NCBI RefSeq assembly: GCF_020745735.1
Contig: NC_083423.1
Coordinates: forward strand, 18,166,001 to 18,230,000
Length of the DNA: 64,000 bases
Direction of reading: 5' to 3'
Source of the DNA: Hemiscyllium ocellatum
Lineage: Eukaryota
The position numbers and the translations under genes are program-made. The notes under the pieces are model-generated. The model was not told the DNA's origin. It saw only the letters and a program-made list of their open reading frames with translations, and ran no database searches. Shown here one piece after another: positions 61,617 through 64,000 of the stretch (its first letter is position 1; the number at the start of each line of letters is the position of its first letter).

Positions 61617-63440
61617 AATCTGGATCAGTGATGCTGGAAGAGCACAGCAGTTCAGGCAGCATCCAACGAGCAGCGAAATCGATGTTTTGGGCAAAAGCCC
61701 TTCATCAGGAATAAAGGCAGAGAGCTGGAAGCATGGAGAGATAAGCTAGAGGAGGGTGGGGGTGGGGAGAGAGTAGCATAGAGTACAATGGGTGAGTGGG
61801 GAAGGAGAGAAAGGTGATAGATCAGGGAGGAGGGGGTGGAGTGGATAGGTGGAAAAGGAGCTAGGCAGGTTGGACCAGTCCGGACAAGTCATGGTGACAG
61901 TGCTGAGCTGGAAGTTTGAAACTAGGATGAGGTGGGGGAAGGGGAAATGAGGAAGCTGTTAAAGTCCACATTGATGCCCTGGGGTTGAAGTGTTCCGAGG
62001 TGGAAGATGAGGCGTTCTTCCTCCAGGCGTCTGGTGGTGAGGGAGCGGCGGTGAAGGAGGCCCAGGACCTCCATGTCCTCAGCAGAGTGGGAGGGGGAGT
62101 TGAAATGTTGGGCCACGGGGCGGTGTGGTTGATTGGTGCGGATATTTCGGAGATGTTCCCTAAAGCGTTCTGCTAGGAGGCGCCCAGTCTCCCCAATGTA
62201 GAGGAGACCGCATCGGGAGCAACGGATACAATAAATGATATTAGTGGATGTGCAGGTAAAACTTTGATGGATGTGGAAGGCTCCTTTAGGGCCTTGGATA
62301 GAGGTGAGGGAGGAGGTATGGGCACAGGTTTTACAATTCCTGCGGTGGCAGGGGAAAATGTCAGGATGGGAGGGTGGGTCGTAGGGGGGCATGGACCTGA
62401 CCATCTCGTCCAGATCCCGCACCTCCGCCCTCAGACCACACTCCTCCAACCGTAACAAGGACGGAATGCCCCTGGTGCTCACCTTCCACCCTACCAACCT
62501 TCGCATAAACCAAATCATCCGCGGACATTTCCGCCACCTCCAAAAACACCCAACCCCCAGGGATATATTTCCCTCCCCACCCCTTTCCACCTTCCGCAAA
62601 GACCGTTCCCTTTGTGACTACCTGGTCAGGTCCATGCCCCCCTACGACCCACCCTCCCATCCTGGCACTTTCCCCTGCCACCACAAGAACTGTAAAACCT
62701 GTGCCCATACCTCCTCCCTCACCTCTATCCAAGGCCCTTAAGGAGCCTTCCACATCCATCAAAGTTTTACCTGCACATCCACTAATATCATTTATTGTAT
62801 CCGTTGCTCCCGATGCGGTCTCCTCTACATTGGGGAGACTGGGCGCCTCCTAGCAGAACGCTTTAGGGAACATCTCCGAGATACCCTCACCAATCAACCA
62901 CACCGCCCCATGGCCCAACATTTCAACTCCCCCTCCCACTCTGCCAAGGACATAGAGGTCCTGGGCCTCCTTCACCGTCGCTCCCTCACCACCAGACGCC
63001 TGGAGGAAGAACGCCTCATCTTCCACCTCGGAACACTTCAACCCCAGGGCATCAATGTGGACTTCAACAGCTTCCTGATTTCCCCTTCCCCCACCTCATT
63101 CTACTTTCAAACTTCCAGCTCAGCACTGTCACCATGACTTGTCCGGATTGGTCCAACCTGCCTAGCTCGTTTTCCACCTATCCACTCCACCCTCTCCTCC
63201 CTGATCTATCACCTTCCTCTCCTCCCCCACTCACCCATTGTACTCTATGCTACTCTCTCCCCACCCCCACCCCCCTCTAGCTTATCTCTCCACGCTTCCA
63301 GCTCACTGCCTTTATTCCTGATGAAGGGCTTTTGCCCGAAACATCAATTTCGCTGCTCATTGGATGCTGCCTGAACTGCTGTGCTCTTCCAGCACCACTG
63401 ATCCAGAATCTGGTTTCCAGCATCTGCAGTCATTGTTTTT
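61617..63440. mobile_element. Penelope-like element with an inverted terminal duplication (GIY-YIG region on both strands)
   Basis: 61617-62403 is the approximate reverse complement of 62622-63410; NIIYCIRCSRCGLLYIGETGRLLAERFREH is encoded on both strands. Confidence 0.9.
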
Positions 63441-64000
63441 ACCTCACGAGTGGAATGTTTGATCCCGATGGGTCCCCGAGGCCGACATCCTTTCCAAGGG
63501 ACATTTCCCTAGAGACGCCAAGGCAAGCCTCCTGCCAGTATCAGGCTGCCATTGGAGGGTCCGCAAGGCCACTTGCCCAGAATTGGAAAGTTAAAGGTGT
63601 TCTGTACAAGCCCACATTTTCATCACTTGTGCCCCTATTAGGACTCTGTGTACATTTCTAACCACTTTATCCTGCCACTTTCAATGCTTTATGCACATAC
63701 ACACGCAGGATCTTCCACTCCTGCACCCTCACTAAAATTGTATACTTTATTGTTTTACTATTAAATGAGTGTCTTTATGCGTTGTATAAGATGTTTGGTT
63801 CTAAAAGGGTTAATGCTGCAGAGTGCATTAAGCTCTAGCAAATATGATGATATCCGGAGGACAGAGATTGGGAAACAGCTCTGAATCTGGAAGAAGACAG
63901 ATCCAATCTCCTGGTAATTTTAGGAACCATGTCTATCATCCAATGTAACTTGTTTGTAAATTGCCAACATGTAATAAAATACATTGTTGAAGAAAAGAGT

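Noticed and set aside
1-64000. CRISPR arrays, rRNA or tRNA genes, prokaryotic defence systems
   Set aside because: The sequence is intron- and retroelement-rich vertebrate DNA. No regularly spaced repeat-spacer array is present, and the only tRNA-like boxes are SINE heads.

Overview
Repeat-rich vertebrate genomic DNA. HE1-type tRNA-derived SINEs, abundant CR1 LINEs, Penelope-like elements and a shark-type L1 point to a cartilaginous fish. Most of the supplied ORFs are transposon debris. Two spliced minus-strand genes can be rebuilt by hand from GT-AG sites and intron phases. (1) A 7-coding-exon, 944-aa open frame (58434 to 34558): signal peptide, B7/butyrophilin-type IgV domain, transmembrane helix, 30-bp linker exon, NACHT with intact Walker A/B and helical domains, about 5 LRRs, and a helical tail. 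This looks like a type-I transmembrane NLR with an immunoglobulin ectodomain and no PYD or CARD. A canonical ISRE lies at its putative promoter. (2) Downstream on the same strand, a legumain-derived gene retaining only the C-terminal prodomain exons (activation-peptide remnant plus the death-domain-like LSAM domain). No catalytic exons were found, one Cys of each LSAM disulfide is lost, and it has a candidate CpG promoter. Also present: a near-intact full-length L1, a nested Gmr1-type Gypsy element, an inverted Penelope-like structure, two short local duplications and a probable last exon of a convergent gene. All gene models are manual inferences from sequence alone and need transcript confirmation.
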